Shown: piece after piece, positions 45,228 to 57,030 of the stretch
Numbering within the stretch: the first letter of the stretch is position 1
Layout: each line of letters starts with the position of its first letter
Source of the DNA: Rebecca billardiae RCC1528
Taxonomy: Eukaryota > Protista > Haptophyta
DNA: 64,000 nt
Assembly (NCBI GenBank): GCA_965240325.2
Contig: OZ251245.1
Coordinates: 1,116,001-1,180,000 of the forward strand
Direction of reading: 5' to 3'
The notes under the pieces: generated by a model
What the model saw: only the letters and a program-made list of their open reading frames with translations
Told to the model about the DNA's origin: nothing
Database searches by the model: none
Position numbers and translations under genes: made by a program

Positions 45228-48200
45228 TCAGCAGTCCGCTTGGGGCGCATCAGCCGCTGGCCACGCCTTCGGAGTGGCCGCCACCGCAGGCGGCGCCGCC
45301 GGGTGGCGCGCCGAGGCCGCCTGCGCAGCCGCGGCTGCGACTGCGGGCGGCAACGTGTGCCCTGACGCGGCCTGTGCCTTCAGCGCCAGTCCGGTCTGCA
45401 GCGTCTTGATCTGCTCGATGATCTCGAGCGTGCCCTGCGAGTCCTTGCCCAGGCACATGTTGAGGCCCGCCGCCTCGAACTCGCGCACCTCGGGCGCGCC
45501 AGGCGGGTCGCCCGTCAGCCCGATGATCAGGCCGCGGTACCCGCTGCGCCGCAGCTCGCGAGTCGCGGCCGTGCCGTTGACACCGGGCATCTGTGCACGC
45601 GGCCCAGGGCGCGGCGCGGCGCGGCGGCGGTGAGCGGCGGCGCGGCCGGCGCGGCGCGGCCGAGCGCGGCGGGCGCGCGCGCACCTGGTTGTCCATCAGG
45701 ATGAGGTCGAAGGAGCCGCTCTCGCGCACCGCGTCGAGCGCCTGCTGCCCGTTCGCCACCTGCGTCACCTCCACGCCCATCTTCTTGAAGATGCGCAGGG
45801 CGATGCCTGGTGCAGACAGTGATGCGTCACACGTGCGCGCGCGCGCGGCGCGGGCGGCGCGGTCGCGGGCGAGCGCGCGCGGTGTGGCACGGGGGTGACG
45901 ACGGCGCGTGAGTGCGGCGGTCGCCCGCGCCTGCGCTGCGCCCCCGGGCGCCGCAGGGCTGGCCGGCCTCGCGCGGACGCGCGGCGACGGCGCGGCACGC
46001 ACTCTTGCGCAGGATGACGTCGTCTTCAGCGTGCAGCACGCGCACGGGGCGCGCCGCCACGCCCGCGCCGCCGGTGCCAGCATCGGCGGGCTCGTGCGCG
46101 GCCGTGGAGGCGGCGGCGTGCTCCGCGGCCCTCGGCGAGTCCAGCGTCATCGGCGAGTCCACGCCCATCCGCGTGTGCGCGCTGAGTATCGGCAGAGCCA
46201 TCCGCCCCGCCTTCGGCTCGTCCGCGCCGGGCGAGCCGAGGCTGATCGGATCGTGCGTGCGCGAGCGATACTTGCGTGTGGGCGAGGCCGCGGCCAGCTG
46301 GCGCAGCTGGGCAAGGCCCACCTTGGCGTGCTGCTCCGGCGGGCTCTCCGGGTCTCGGTGCGCGTGCTCGGGGTGCGCGCGGCACTTGAGCTGGATCTCG
46401 AAGAGCGTGCCCTGCGAGCGACGCCCGAGAGGCAAGCGGCACGAGCGCGTGCGCGGCCGAGCGGCGCGCGCGCGGTGGGGCGAGGGGGGCAGGGGCACAG
46501 GGGGCGCGCGTGAGAGGCTGCCAGAGCGGGCGCGCCTGCCTGCCGCCTCGCCTGCCGTGCGCGCGTCGCGGCGCACGGAGGCGCCCGCCGCCCGCCGGGC
46601 TGGACGGCGCGCGGCGCGCGTGCGCGCGGGGCGGGGGCGCACCTGCGAGGGCCCAGCGCTGCTGATGTGCAGCTTGGAGCCGTCGTGCTGCGCGAGGACC
46701 TGCCGCACGATGCTCAGCCCCAGCCCGGTGCCGCCGCTGCCCTGCAGCTGGCCCCTCCCCACCTGGCTGAACACGTCGCCTCGCTGCAGCGCGTGCTGCA
46801 GGCTGCTCAGCTCGGCGGGGGCGAGGCCGATGCCCGAGTCCTTCACGGAGAAGGTGACGTGCACCCACTGAGCGCCTTCGAACGAGCCGCGGCTCTTCTT
46901 GGAGCTGCCCCGTGAGGTCGAGCCCGCGCCGATCGCGCCGAACCTCGACGCCGACGAGCCCGAGTGCATGTCGACGCGGACGGTCTCGTCGTCGTCCGCG
47001 TCGGCAGCGGGTGCGGCGGCCACGCCGGCGAGCGCGGCGCGGAGCGAGACGACGCCGCCCGTGTCGGTGAACTTGATCGCGTTCGAGATCCCGTTGTTCA
47101 GGCACTGCTGCAGCCGGCGCACGTCGCCCACCAGCCGGAGGGCGCGGAGGTCCTCGGGCAGCTCCTCTGCGATCAGCCGGACGCCCTTCTTCTCCGCGAG
47201 CGAGCTGAACGTGGCGAGCCCGCCGCGCAGGAGCTGCGCGGGGGCGAAGGGCGCGCGGACGAGGACGAGGCGGCCCGCCTCGATCCGCTCGAAGTCGAGC
47301 ATGTCCGACACGATCCCCTCCATCAGGCTCGAGCAGCTGTCGAGCGAGCCGAGCGACTCGCGCACGGTCGCGTCCCCGAGGGGCGTGCCGGTGGGCATGT
47401 CTAGCAGCACGTGCGCGATGTGGTTGACGGACAGCAGCGGCGAGCGCAGGTCGTGCATCACCATGCGGATGAGGCGCGAGCGCGCGCTCTTCGCCACGCT
47501 CGTCGTGATCCGGCGCAGCTGCCGCTGCGCCGCCGCGCGCTCGGCCACCGCCGCGTCGATCATCCGGCGCAGGTCGAAGCGCAGCCGCTCCGAGCGCGCG
47601 CAGCGCACCTGGCCCATCTGCAGTGCGAGGACGAGCACGGCGAGCGCGAGCTTGTCGAAGAGCACGGGCAGGAGGTCCGCCTCGGCCGAGCCCGGCGGGA
47701 GCGCGCCGAGCACCGCCCCCGCGAGCGTCGCCGCCGCGCAGCACGCGAAGTGCGCCGGGTCGAGCGGCACGAACAGTGCGACCGCGCTGAGCAGCACGAT
47801 CGCCGTGAGGCGGCCCGGCACCGCGCCGAGCTCGTCGGCGGGGACGCCGAGCGTGGCGGCGAGGTAGGTCTTGGAGAGCACGGTGGGCAGCGCGATCGCA
47901 AGCACGCTCAGCATCGCCGTCGACGCGAGCTCGAGCGCGCGGAGCGGCACGCGGGCGCAGCGGTGCGCGCCGTAGAGGGCGAGGGCCCAAGCCGCCTGGT
48001 ACGCGCAGCCGGCCGAGCAGAGCCGGCCGTAGAGCGGGGAGCCGTCGGGGAGGAGCCACTCGGCGAGGCTCGCGGCTCCGAGCTCGACGCACGCCGCGAG
48101 CGCCAGCAGCGCCATGCGCGCGCCCAGCACCGGCCGCACCTCCTGCTGCCGGAAGCACAGCTCGAGCGCGGGCTCAGCAAACGTGTACCCCAGCCGCATC

Positions 48201-48508
48201 GGCGTGGGCGCAAATGCAAACTCGGGCTCGTCGGTCGCGCCCGTCTCGTCGTCGGTTGGTTGATCCTCCGCCGCGGGCGCCGCCGCGGCTGTTGCCGATT
48301 CCGTCGGCGGGCGGCGCCCCGCGTCCGCTGCGGGTGGCGGTCCGCGAGGCTCGGCATGCGCGTCGTCGCCATCGGGCGCGCTCGGCTGCGCGCCGCGCGC
48401 GCCAGGCTGCACGGCCGTGCGACCGGGGCCGGCCTCTAAGTCTGCGCACCCGTCGCCAAAGCTGCCGTGCTCCACTGCTCGCGGCATCGCCGGCGTGACG
48501 CGTTTCAT
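45228..48508 (-). CDS. Membrane-bound hybrid sensor histidine kinase (TM region, HisKA, HATPase_c, receiver)
   Basis: H-box VMHDLRSPL, N-box LNNGISNAIKFT, G1 VKDSGIG, G2 GGTGLGLSIV. Receiver VLHAEDD...DLILMDNQ|MPGVNG...GLTG...CLGK. Introns 46412-46642, 45807-46002 and 45591-45684 splice in frame. Confidence 0.93.
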
Positions 48509-49815
48509 CGGCGCCCTCTGGCTCCTGCGCGCGTCGATCGGCGAGAGAGGGGGTACTGTTCCAACGGGGGGGGTACACTGCGTTCGCGGCACTGACGACG
48601 ACGACGTGTCGTGTGAAAGTTGCGCGGGTGCAGCTGACGGACAGCGCGCCCGTTGGTCGCGCGGCTTTGCGGGCCAATAGATGATGATGAAAAGTGACCG
48701 GTGAACCGCCAAGTGTTCATTTTTCCATATGTTGTTCGATGGACCTACCGCCAACTACCCGCGCGGAGGACTGCTGCGTGGCCGGCTTTGGCCCAATCGC
48801 CGCCGCGGCGCGCTTTCGCGGACACCCTTGTTCGCACCATCTGTCGCCAAGGCGCGAACTCCCAAGCTGGAATGTGGATTAATACTGCGCAGGTCGTGGG
48901 CATCCATATCAAGGAATCAGTGATGATTGAGTACCACCCGTACCTGTGCCACCTCATCATATTGTGCAATAATTGGTGGATCTGCATTCATGAAAGCTCG
49001 CGGGTCATCAAGTCACCAAACGTCGTTATCAATATGATACACGCGTGATTTTGCTGGCTGTTTTCACTTTTCAGGGTTTGGAATCGCATCTTCGAGTATC
49101 CACCGCTCATCACCCAAGACAGTGTGCTCACAGGGGCGTTGCGCAGCAAACGCTCTCCAGTCTTTTCAGATCTGCGCTTTTCAAAAAGATATGTTCCGCG
49201 CTCTGTCCCACGGCAAAGCGCGGCGGATCGCGGATGGCGCCCTTGGCCGCGGCATGGGCAGGCGAGCCGCCGCTGCCCGCAGAAAACGTGCGTCAGAGGC
49301 AAGGAAGCGGGCAGATGGCGCGTCGCACGCGTCGTGGAACTTGGTTGCGACGCTCGCCAGCCTCAGCGCGCGCGGCAAAGCCACGTCCATGGGCGCCCAG
49401 CGTGCAGGCGGCACGGCCACGCCGCTCGGCCGCGGCGACCGATCTCGCACGCGTCCTTGCGGCGCGAAAGGGCATCCCAGCTGCGGTCATTCGCCTTGTG
49501 CGTCGGGAGACGTGTGCCAGCTAGCCAATGCGCACGCGCCGCGAGCTGCACGGCGTGCACACACGTCGCCCGCCGCGCGGCCGGGCGTGCGCCGAAAGCG
49601 GCACAGCGAGAGAGGGCCCCGATCCGAGTGCAGGTCTCGCCGGGGCCCTCCACAAGTCCAAGGATCCTGGGTCTTGGGTCCTTCGCGTTTGTCCAGCTGG
49701 CGCAACGCTCCGCAGCGCGCCACCGTGCTGCAGCGGGCGGCAAGCAGCCGGCCTCACCGTCAAGGGCCGCGGGGCCGAGCGGCGGCAGCCGCGTAGTTGC
49801 TGCTCGGCCACCCGA

Positions 49816-52799
49816 TCAGTCGTCGCGCGAGCGGCCGACGCCGTGCGACTCGGCGGACTCGACCTCGAAGCCGTCCGCGTCGCCCAGGCCCGCCGCCACG
49901 CGCTCCTCCTCCGTGCCCTGCAGCTCGAGGTGCTCGTCCTTGACGAACCAGACGAGCGCCGCGCCGCCCGCGCCCGCGCAGAGCAGCGCGGCGCAGAGCA
50001 GCACGCCGTCGAAGGCGTGCGTCGGCACCCCGCCGCCCTGCGCCCACATCGGGCGCAGGTCGATGCGCCCCGCGGCGAACAGCGTGAAGAAGACGCCGCA
50101 GGTCATCAGCGCGCCCGCGGCGCCGAGCTCCTGCACGCCGGGCGGGCGCTCGAGCAGCTGGAGCAGCTCGCTCGCCTCGCTGCGGCCGCGGCGCGCCGAG
50201 CTGCCGCGCCTGTAGCGCCAGGTGCGCACGCGCAGCGCGCGCCTGTCCACCTCTCGCAGCGTGTCCATCCGGCTGTTGGGCGGCCAGAAGTACGCGCAGA
50301 AGGGCGCGGCGCAGCAGAGCGTGGCGCAGCAGCCAAGCCAGAGCAGAGCGACCAGCGCGCCGCCCAGCCCCTGCGCGGCGCCAGAGCCGCCGGCGCCGCA
50401 GCCGCCGGGCGCGCGCGCGCGCGAGGGTCGGTGGGCTGCGGGGCGGCGCGGGCGCGTGGGGTAGGGCGGCGGCGCGGCGCGCGAGCGCGGCGCGCACGGT
50501 TGCGCTCGACGAGGCGAGCACGGCCACGATGCCGCACAACGCCGCGGCGAGCATCAGCCTTAGCACCACGACGGTGCGCGCTAGCCGCAGCACGCGCGCC
50601 CGGCCGCCCCAGCCACCCCTGGCCACGGCCATGGAATGGCGCACGCCGAGGCCGCAGAGCGCGCCGCCGCACAGCAGGGCGCCGCAGAACCACACGCTCG
50701 CGCCGAGGCCGTAGAAGCCGAGCTGCGCGCCCGACGGCAGCTCCGCCAGCGTGAGCAGCACGTACACCGGGTCGCACCACTCGCCGAGCGGCTGGTACTC
50801 CGCGCCGCTGCCGTCGACGCGCGCCGCGTGCACGCGCACGCGCAGAGGGAACGCCGACGGCGCGCGCGGGAGCGAGAGCGGCGCGTCGCGGAGCTGGTGG
50901 CTGCGCGCGGCGAGGGCGCGCGGCGGGCGCGGCGCGGCGCGGGGCGGGGCCAGCGGCGTGGGCGGTGGCGCAGGCGGGGCCGCCGCCGCGCGCGCCGCCG
51001 CGGCGGAGGTGCGCGCAGCCGCGCGCGTGCATGCGCACACGCGCGCATGCGCACACGCGCGCATGCGCACACGCGCGCGCTCGAGAGCGCGCGCACCGCT
51101 CGAGCGCCTGCGCCAGCAGCACGTCCTGCTCCCAGCCGTCGCGCTCGCGCGCCGCGGCGAGGTGCTGCCGGCGGAAGACGCGGCCGAGCGGCGCGAGCGG
51201 CGCGAGCGTGAGCGTCTCCGCGTCGTAGTGCGCCGGGTTTGCGAATCGGCCGAGCGTGCGCGTTGGCGAGTGGCCGCCGCGCGCGAGCACCGCCTCGCGC
51301 GGCGGCGTGTCCCGCCCGCGGAAGGCCGGGGCGATGTCGGCGAGGGCCTGCTTGGTGTACTGGCCGACGCACGCGGTCTCGGCCACCAGGCTCTCCGCGC
51401 TCCGGCCGCGCGTGCTGCCACCCCGCGTGCGGCTCCCCCCGTAGCCGTAGCCGTAGTGGCCGTAGTAACTGTGCCGGCTGCCGTAGTAGTAGCCGCCGCC
51501 CGCACCAAAGAAGGCGGCGGGCGCGGCGCCGCGGGGGCCGCCGGGCTGCGTGGGGCCGACGAGGCCGGGCGTCCGGCCGTACGTGCCGCCGGAGGGCCGG
51601 CCCCGTCCACCACCGAAGCTGCCCGACCCGACGCCGCGCGTGCCGCCTCCCGACCAGCTACCCGCCTTCAGCAGGGCGCGCGCGGTCGGGGCAGCGCCCA
51701 CGCCGGCGCGCGCCGCGCCCGCGGCCGCGCGCGTCGAATCCGCGCCGGCGGCGGGCGTGAGGATGCGGCGGGCCGTGCCGGGGCTCACCACCGAGCGCGG
51801 CGGCGGGCTCGGGCTCCTGACCGGGTCCGGGCGCGCCGAGTCCGGGGCGCGCCGTCCGGGCGGCGGGCTGGGCGGCGGGCTGGGCGGCGCGCGCGGCTCC
51901 AGCAGGCCGAGCTCCGACGCCTCCTGGCGCGCAAAGTTGCGGACCGCCTCGGCGTCGACGGCGGGCACGGGCGCGGTGCCGACGCTCAGCTCGGTCTGCC
52001 CGAGCAGCTCCTCCCCGCTCGCCGCGCGCACGCTCACGCTCAGCACCAGCTGCACCCCGAGCGGTGCGTACACCACGGGCGCCCACAGCCGCGCCGCGCC
52101 CGGCCGCAGGTCGGACGCGTCGACGGCGAAGTCCTGGGCGGAGCCGGTGGCGTTGCCCGCGGGGCACAGCGTGCTCGCGCCGTCGTCCCGCCCGACGTAC
52201 GCCGCGCAGCGCTTGTCGCCCAGCGCGCCCGCCGTCCAGCGCGCGCAGCACAGCCCCAGCTGCCACAGCGGCGGCGCCTCGTAAGGCCACGCCAGCAGCT
52301 CGGTGCCGCGGCCCGCGAGGACGAAGAGCGCGCCGAGGGCGAGGGTGAGCAGGGTGCACGGCGCGGCGCGCGCGACGCCGCGCGCCGAGCGCTCGCACCG
52401 CGCCGGCACGCGCTCTGCCTCGGCGCGCTCCTCGTCCGACGGCTTGTACTCGTCGCGCGCGCCGCCGGCGGCAGGCGTGGGCGCCGCTTCGGCGTCGCGG
52501 CTGGGCCCGGCGGCGGAGACGGGCGGCGCGGACGGGGGCGGGGCGGACGAGCTCGGCACGGGTGCGTACACCTGCACCTGCCCGCCGGGCTGCACGCCCG
52601 CCGGCACCGTCACCGCCATCTGCGTGCCGCCCACGTTCACGTAGAAGACCTGCCCCTCGCGCACGCCGGGCGGCACGGTGACGACCCACGGCGCGAGCAT
52701 GGGCGTGGCTTCGGCGGAGGCGTAGGCGAGGGGCGTGGCGGCTGAGTCATTCGCCGCGCGCGCCTGCTGCAGCGGCAGCCTGTCGGCCTTGGCGGACAT
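49816..52799 (-). CDS. Hypothetical multi-pass membrane protein
   Basis: Three exons (introns 50901-51096 and 50371-50497) splice in frame. N-terminal VTVPPGV..GQ / VTVPAGV..GG duplicated motif, one TM, a Gly/Tyr-rich segment and about 5 C-terminal TMs. Confidence 0.7.
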
Positions 52800-53074
52800 C
52801 GTCGGGAGCAAGCAATTATCTTGGGGCGCGAGCGGCCGAGGGGCGAGGGTTATTATAATAATCGTTGGTACCGCTCGCTAAAAGGTTTATCTATCCCATA
52901 CCCGCACTTGACAATGTAATGCACAGCATTGATGATTTCGTCGGCTGCTCACCAAACTGCATGCAAGCATCGTCGTCGGTCCGGTGCCGCCCGGAGAAGA
53001 CGACGAGTCTGTTTCATCGCGCACAAGGCTGCGCCACCCGGCGCAGGCGCCGAGCGACACCCACCGAGCGCGCG

Positions 53075-55237
53075 ATGCCGAAGCGCCTCTCCTTCGCCGC
53101 GGGTGACCACCCCGACCTGCGGCAGCTGTCGCCGGACGTGGAGGACGAGGATGCCGCCCTGGAGCGCGCGCTCGACATGACCTACTCCGCCTTCGAGCCG
53201 GTCGAGGAAGACTCTGCGCCCGCCGCTGGCGCCGGCGGCGCCGCCGCGGCGAGCGGCCGCCTCAGCGTCGCCAGCGCGGCGCCTCCGGACGGGGTGGAGG
53301 GCGAGGACGAGGCGGTGCTCACGGTGACGGTGACGGGTCTCGAGCTGCTCTCCAACGTCACCTTCCCGCCCGCGCAGCCGCTCGTCGTCCTCGCCGTCGA
53401 CATGCTCGGCGGCGCGCGCGCGCAGACTGAGCCGAGCGCGCGCACGGTCGGGGCCACGCCGCTGTCGCACGAGTTCGCGTTCGGGCTGGCGGAGGGCACG
53501 CGCGCGCGCACGGCGCTCACGCGGCTGATCGCCGAGCCCAACGAGCCGCTCGACCCCGTGCTCACCCTCTCCGTCCTCTCCACGGACGCAGTCAACATCC
53601 CGACCGCACTCGCAGTCGTCGAGCTGGGCGCGCGCGCGCTGCTCGAGCCGGGCGCGGAGGGGCGGGAGCTGGAGCTGGCGCTGCTGCGCGGGCCGCCGCA
53701 GAGCGGCGAGGAGGAGGCGGACGAGCTGCGCGCCGCGCCGCCGCTGCCCGACGAGCTCGGCGCCTCGCCGCCGCGCCTCGCCGCGGGCGTGTCGGCTGCG
53801 TCTGCAACGCGCGCACCGCCGCAGCCGGCGCCGCCGCTGCCCGGTGCGCTGCCGAGCGCGGTGCGGGGCGAGCACCGCACCGACCGCTCGGGCGACGCCG
53901 TGGTTGTCGGGCTCGTGCGCTTCCGCGTCACCGGGCTGCCGCTGCTCACGCAGATCGCCGCCGACCTCGACTCCGCGGGCGCCGAGGGCGAGGCCGCGCC
54001 GGCGGCGCCCGCGTGGCGGCGCGGCATTCAGCGTCCGCTGCCGACGATTGCCGCCGCGCTCGCGACCGCGGCCGAGGCGGCGGCGGCGGACGGCGCGGGG
54101 CCTCCGTCGCGCTACCCGGCCGGGTACGACCTGGTCAAGGAGTTCCCCTTCACCTTCGCCCACGCCTTCGCCGAGTGCGCCGCCGTCTCCGCGCGCAAGC
54201 GCGACATTGAGCGCGCCGCGCGCTTGCTCGAGGCACACACGGGCCGGGCCGCCGGCCGCGCGCCCGTGACTCATCAGCGCGCGGTGATGGCGGCGGTGAA
54301 CGGGGACGCGCTGCGCCGCGGGCGCACGGCGTGGTACCTGGAGGAGGGCGTGCGCATCGCCATCGCCGTCGCGCCCGCCGCGCAGCCCAGCGCCCTCGGC
54401 GTCGACGCGGACGAGGCGGCGCTCGAGGCGTGTGCGCTCGAGTCAGTGCCGACCGCGCGCGCCACCGAGGCGCTCGCGGCGTGCGCGGGCGCGGCGCGCG
54501 CGCGCGCGCGCGGCGGCGTTGGCGAGTGGCTCGCGCCGGAGGACACGCACGCGCACCCGGTGACGGGCGAGCTGACGCGCACGCTGCACACGCGCGAGCG
54601 CGCGTGCCAGCTCCTCTTCGGCACGCGCGCCGCGCTGCGCTCCGTGGCGGACCACCAGCTGATGCTCGCCGACCGCGTGGGCCGCGTGCGCGCCACCGCG
54701 TCATTTTCGCTGCCGCCGCACCGGCCGCCCGCCGCGCCGGAGGCGGAGTACGTGGAGCTGCTCGCGTCGGGCGTGCTGCAGGCGGAGGCGGAGGCGGAGG
54801 CGCGGCTGCCCGGCGGCGCCGAGATCGTGCGCCGCTTCCGCGCCGCCTCCGCGCTCGACGACGCCGAGCTCGGCGCCGCGGCCGCGCGGCACGGGGGCGC
54901 GTGCGCACTGCTCCACTCGCTCGCGTGCTCGGAGGCGGATGCGGCGCTGGCGGAGGCGGTGCTGGCGCGCGTGGTGGAGCTGGCGGACGAGGCGTCGCTG
55001 CCGACGGTGCTCGTCGCCTCGAGCGCGCTCGAGCTCGAGATCGCGCTGCGCAACGGCTTCGCCCCCGTCGACCCGCCCACCCGCCTCGCCGCCGAGCCCT
55101 CGTGTGAGGTGAGCTGGTCGACACTCGAGCGGCCGGCGGGCGGCGAGCGCGGCGCGATCGCGATGAGCCGCGAGCGCGCGGCGCGCGAGGAGCGCGCGGC
55201 GCGGATGACGCGCGAGTCGTTTGGGGAGGACGACTAG
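53075..55237 (+). CDS. Hypothetical protein with a C2-like beta-rich N-terminal region and a GNAT-like C-terminal region
   Basis: ATG at 53075 (MPKRLSF). LTVTVTGLELL...VVLAVDML...LTLSVLS strands; C-terminal LLHSLACS...VLARVVELADEASLPTVLVASS...RNGF resembles GNAT motifs A/B. Confidence 0.6.
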   Translation: MPKRLSFAAGDHPDLRQLSPDVEDEDAALERALDMTYSAFEPVEEDSAPAAGAGGAAAASGRLSVASAAPPDGVEGEDEAVLTVTVTGLELLSNVTFPPAQPLVVLAVDMLGGARAQTEPSARTVGATPLSHEFAFGLAEGTRARTALTRLIAEPNEPLDPVLTLSVLSTDAVNIPTALAVVELGARALLEPGAEGRELELALLRGPPQSGEEEADELRAAPPLPDELGASPPRLAAGVSAASATRAPPQPAPPLPGALPSAVRGEHRTDRSGDAVVVGLVRFRVTGLPLLTQIAADLDSAGAEGEAAPAAPAWRRGIQRPLPTIAAALATAAEAAAADGAGPPSRYPAGYDLVKEFPFTFAHAFAECAAVSARKRDIERAARLLEAHTGRAAGRAPVTHQRAVMAAVNGDALRRGRTAWYLEEGVRIAIAVAPAAQPSALGVDADEAALEACALESVPTARATEALAACAGAARARARGGVGEWLAPEDTHAHPVTGELTRTLHTRERACQLLFGTRAALRSVADHQLMLADRVGRVRATASFSLPPHRPPAAPEAEYVELLASGVLQAEAEAEARLPGGAEIVRRFRAASALDDAELGAAAARHGGACALLHSLACSEADAALAEAVLARVVELADEASLPTVLVASSALELEIALRNGFAPVDPPTRLAAEPSCEVSWSTLERPAGGERGAIAMSRERAAREERAARMTRESFGEDD

Positions 55238-56340
55238 GAGCGCGCGCCGCGCGGCGATCGTGGGTCGGCGGGCCGCGCGGGCCGCACCGCCGCACGGCGG
55301 GCGGCGCGGGCTGGCCGCTCATCGTCAGCGCGCTGCACGGCTGCACGGCTCGGATGAGTTGATGGCCTGCCGTGCTGTTGCATGTCGCAGCAGCAGTGGC
55401 GCGCACGCATATAGTAGTATAGTGATATTCATCACATGCGCGCTGGCGCTGCGCAGCCGCCGCCTTGAAGCTGGCGCGCAGCGCTGTAGAAGTCGTCGTG
55501 GGATGAGGCGATCCGCCTTGGGCGGCTTTGGCGCATGCGACTGCTGTGTCTGAAATCGTTCGCGATCGAAGTGCCCTGCAAGTCTGCCGGCACCACCCGT
55601 CCCAGAAAGCTCCTGAGCCCGTCTTCGGCTCAGCGGGCTCATGACCGTCCATGGACGGTCATGAGCTCCCGGACACAGTGCGCGCAGGTGCGCCTCGAGG
55701 CGAGATGAGCACCAAGGCCCGTCACAGCGCCCGTCGCACGCGCTTGACTGCGGCGGCCGAGATGGCTGGAGCGGCGGCGCGTTGCGCTCATCCTCAGTGC
55801 ACACTTGTAAGCGACCTTCGGCGCAGCAAACATGTGCCGCCTTGGGCCCTCCTCCGCCTGCTAGCGCGGCTCGACTGCAACGGTCGCCAAAGCCAAGCAT
55901 TGCCTACTGAGTCCGCTTCTGCCCGCGACACGCGCTTGAATGGCGCCTTGAGCGCGCGCGCATTGGAAACATATACACTGGCCCTCTCTCCAGACAGCGC
56001 GCGCCTGGCTCTTGCAGCGTACTCTGTGCGATGAAGCGGTGGCGTAGGCGCCTGCCGGCCTGTTGTTGAAACGCACCCGCTCGGCTAGTGAGCATGGGCG
56101 CAGAAGACGCCGGGAGGCCGAGACATGAGCGCCGGAAGGGGTTCCGAGGTACTACCAGACCAGCCCACCTGGCGCGCCGTCGCACAGCCCTCGCCTACGC
56201 GCACGCGCACGACCAGAGCGAAGCTGCCCGCGCGGCGGACGGCCATTTCTTCTACTCTACTTAATCGTGTAAAGTGAATCTGCGCGGCAGGTTGCGTGAG
56301 CAATAAGAAAATGCCCACAATTCGGAGTTTTCTCTATGAA

Positions 56341-56460
56341 AAACCATCGGTTCGGCTGTTTTTACTCGTCAAACCAACGGTTCGACGGTGTTTACTCCGA
56401 AAAATCATCGGTTCGGCGGGTTTTACTCGCCAAACCATCGTTTCGGCAATTTTTACCCAA
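56341..56460. repeat. Four degenerate ~30-bp tandem repeats
   Basis: Consensus AAACCATCGGTTCGGCxxTTTTACTCGxC at 56341, 56371, 56402 and 56432, in an AT-rich island. Confidence 0.85.
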
Positions 56461-57030
56461 GGTGCTTGCGGTTGGGACAGTCCTCGCACGTATTGGTCTC
56501 GACAAACAAGAATCGGAGTACGCGTTTCGAGTGATGGCTTCGCGATGATTGTAACATGTTTTTCACTCGAGTAGTTGATCGTTCGAGGGAAAAATCTTCT
56601 CGACGAAACATGGAAAGCCAATCAGGGTCCGTCGATCGATTACAGCCGACGCGACTCAAGTTAATATAGGCGGCTCATCATTTGAACAGCACCGCGACGA
56701 TGATACTCGCTCGTCAAGAGGGGCCCGCTCGGGCCATGCTGACCGCCGTGACGGGAGGTCGAGATGCCACCGCGGGCGCCGCGGGGCTGCGACCGAGGGT
56801 GTGGACCGTCGGGGTGATGTGTGAGCAAGATGTTCACGCCCTGTCACCTGCAACTGTCGACGGCCGTCCTCCACCTGCACCTCGCCTGCACCTCACGACC
56901 GGGTTCCCGGATGACCGATCTGTAACACTCGACGAGTGATCCCGACGGCTCGACGAGTGATCGAGTGATCCTCACGACGGGCGTCGCTTGCAACTGATCA
57001 CGGCCGCTCTCCTGCCCGGCGCTCAGGAGG

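Noticed and set aside
48700-49200. AT-rich island with short ORFs, considered as a transposase fragment
   Set aside because: No convincing motif, TIR or target-site duplication found.
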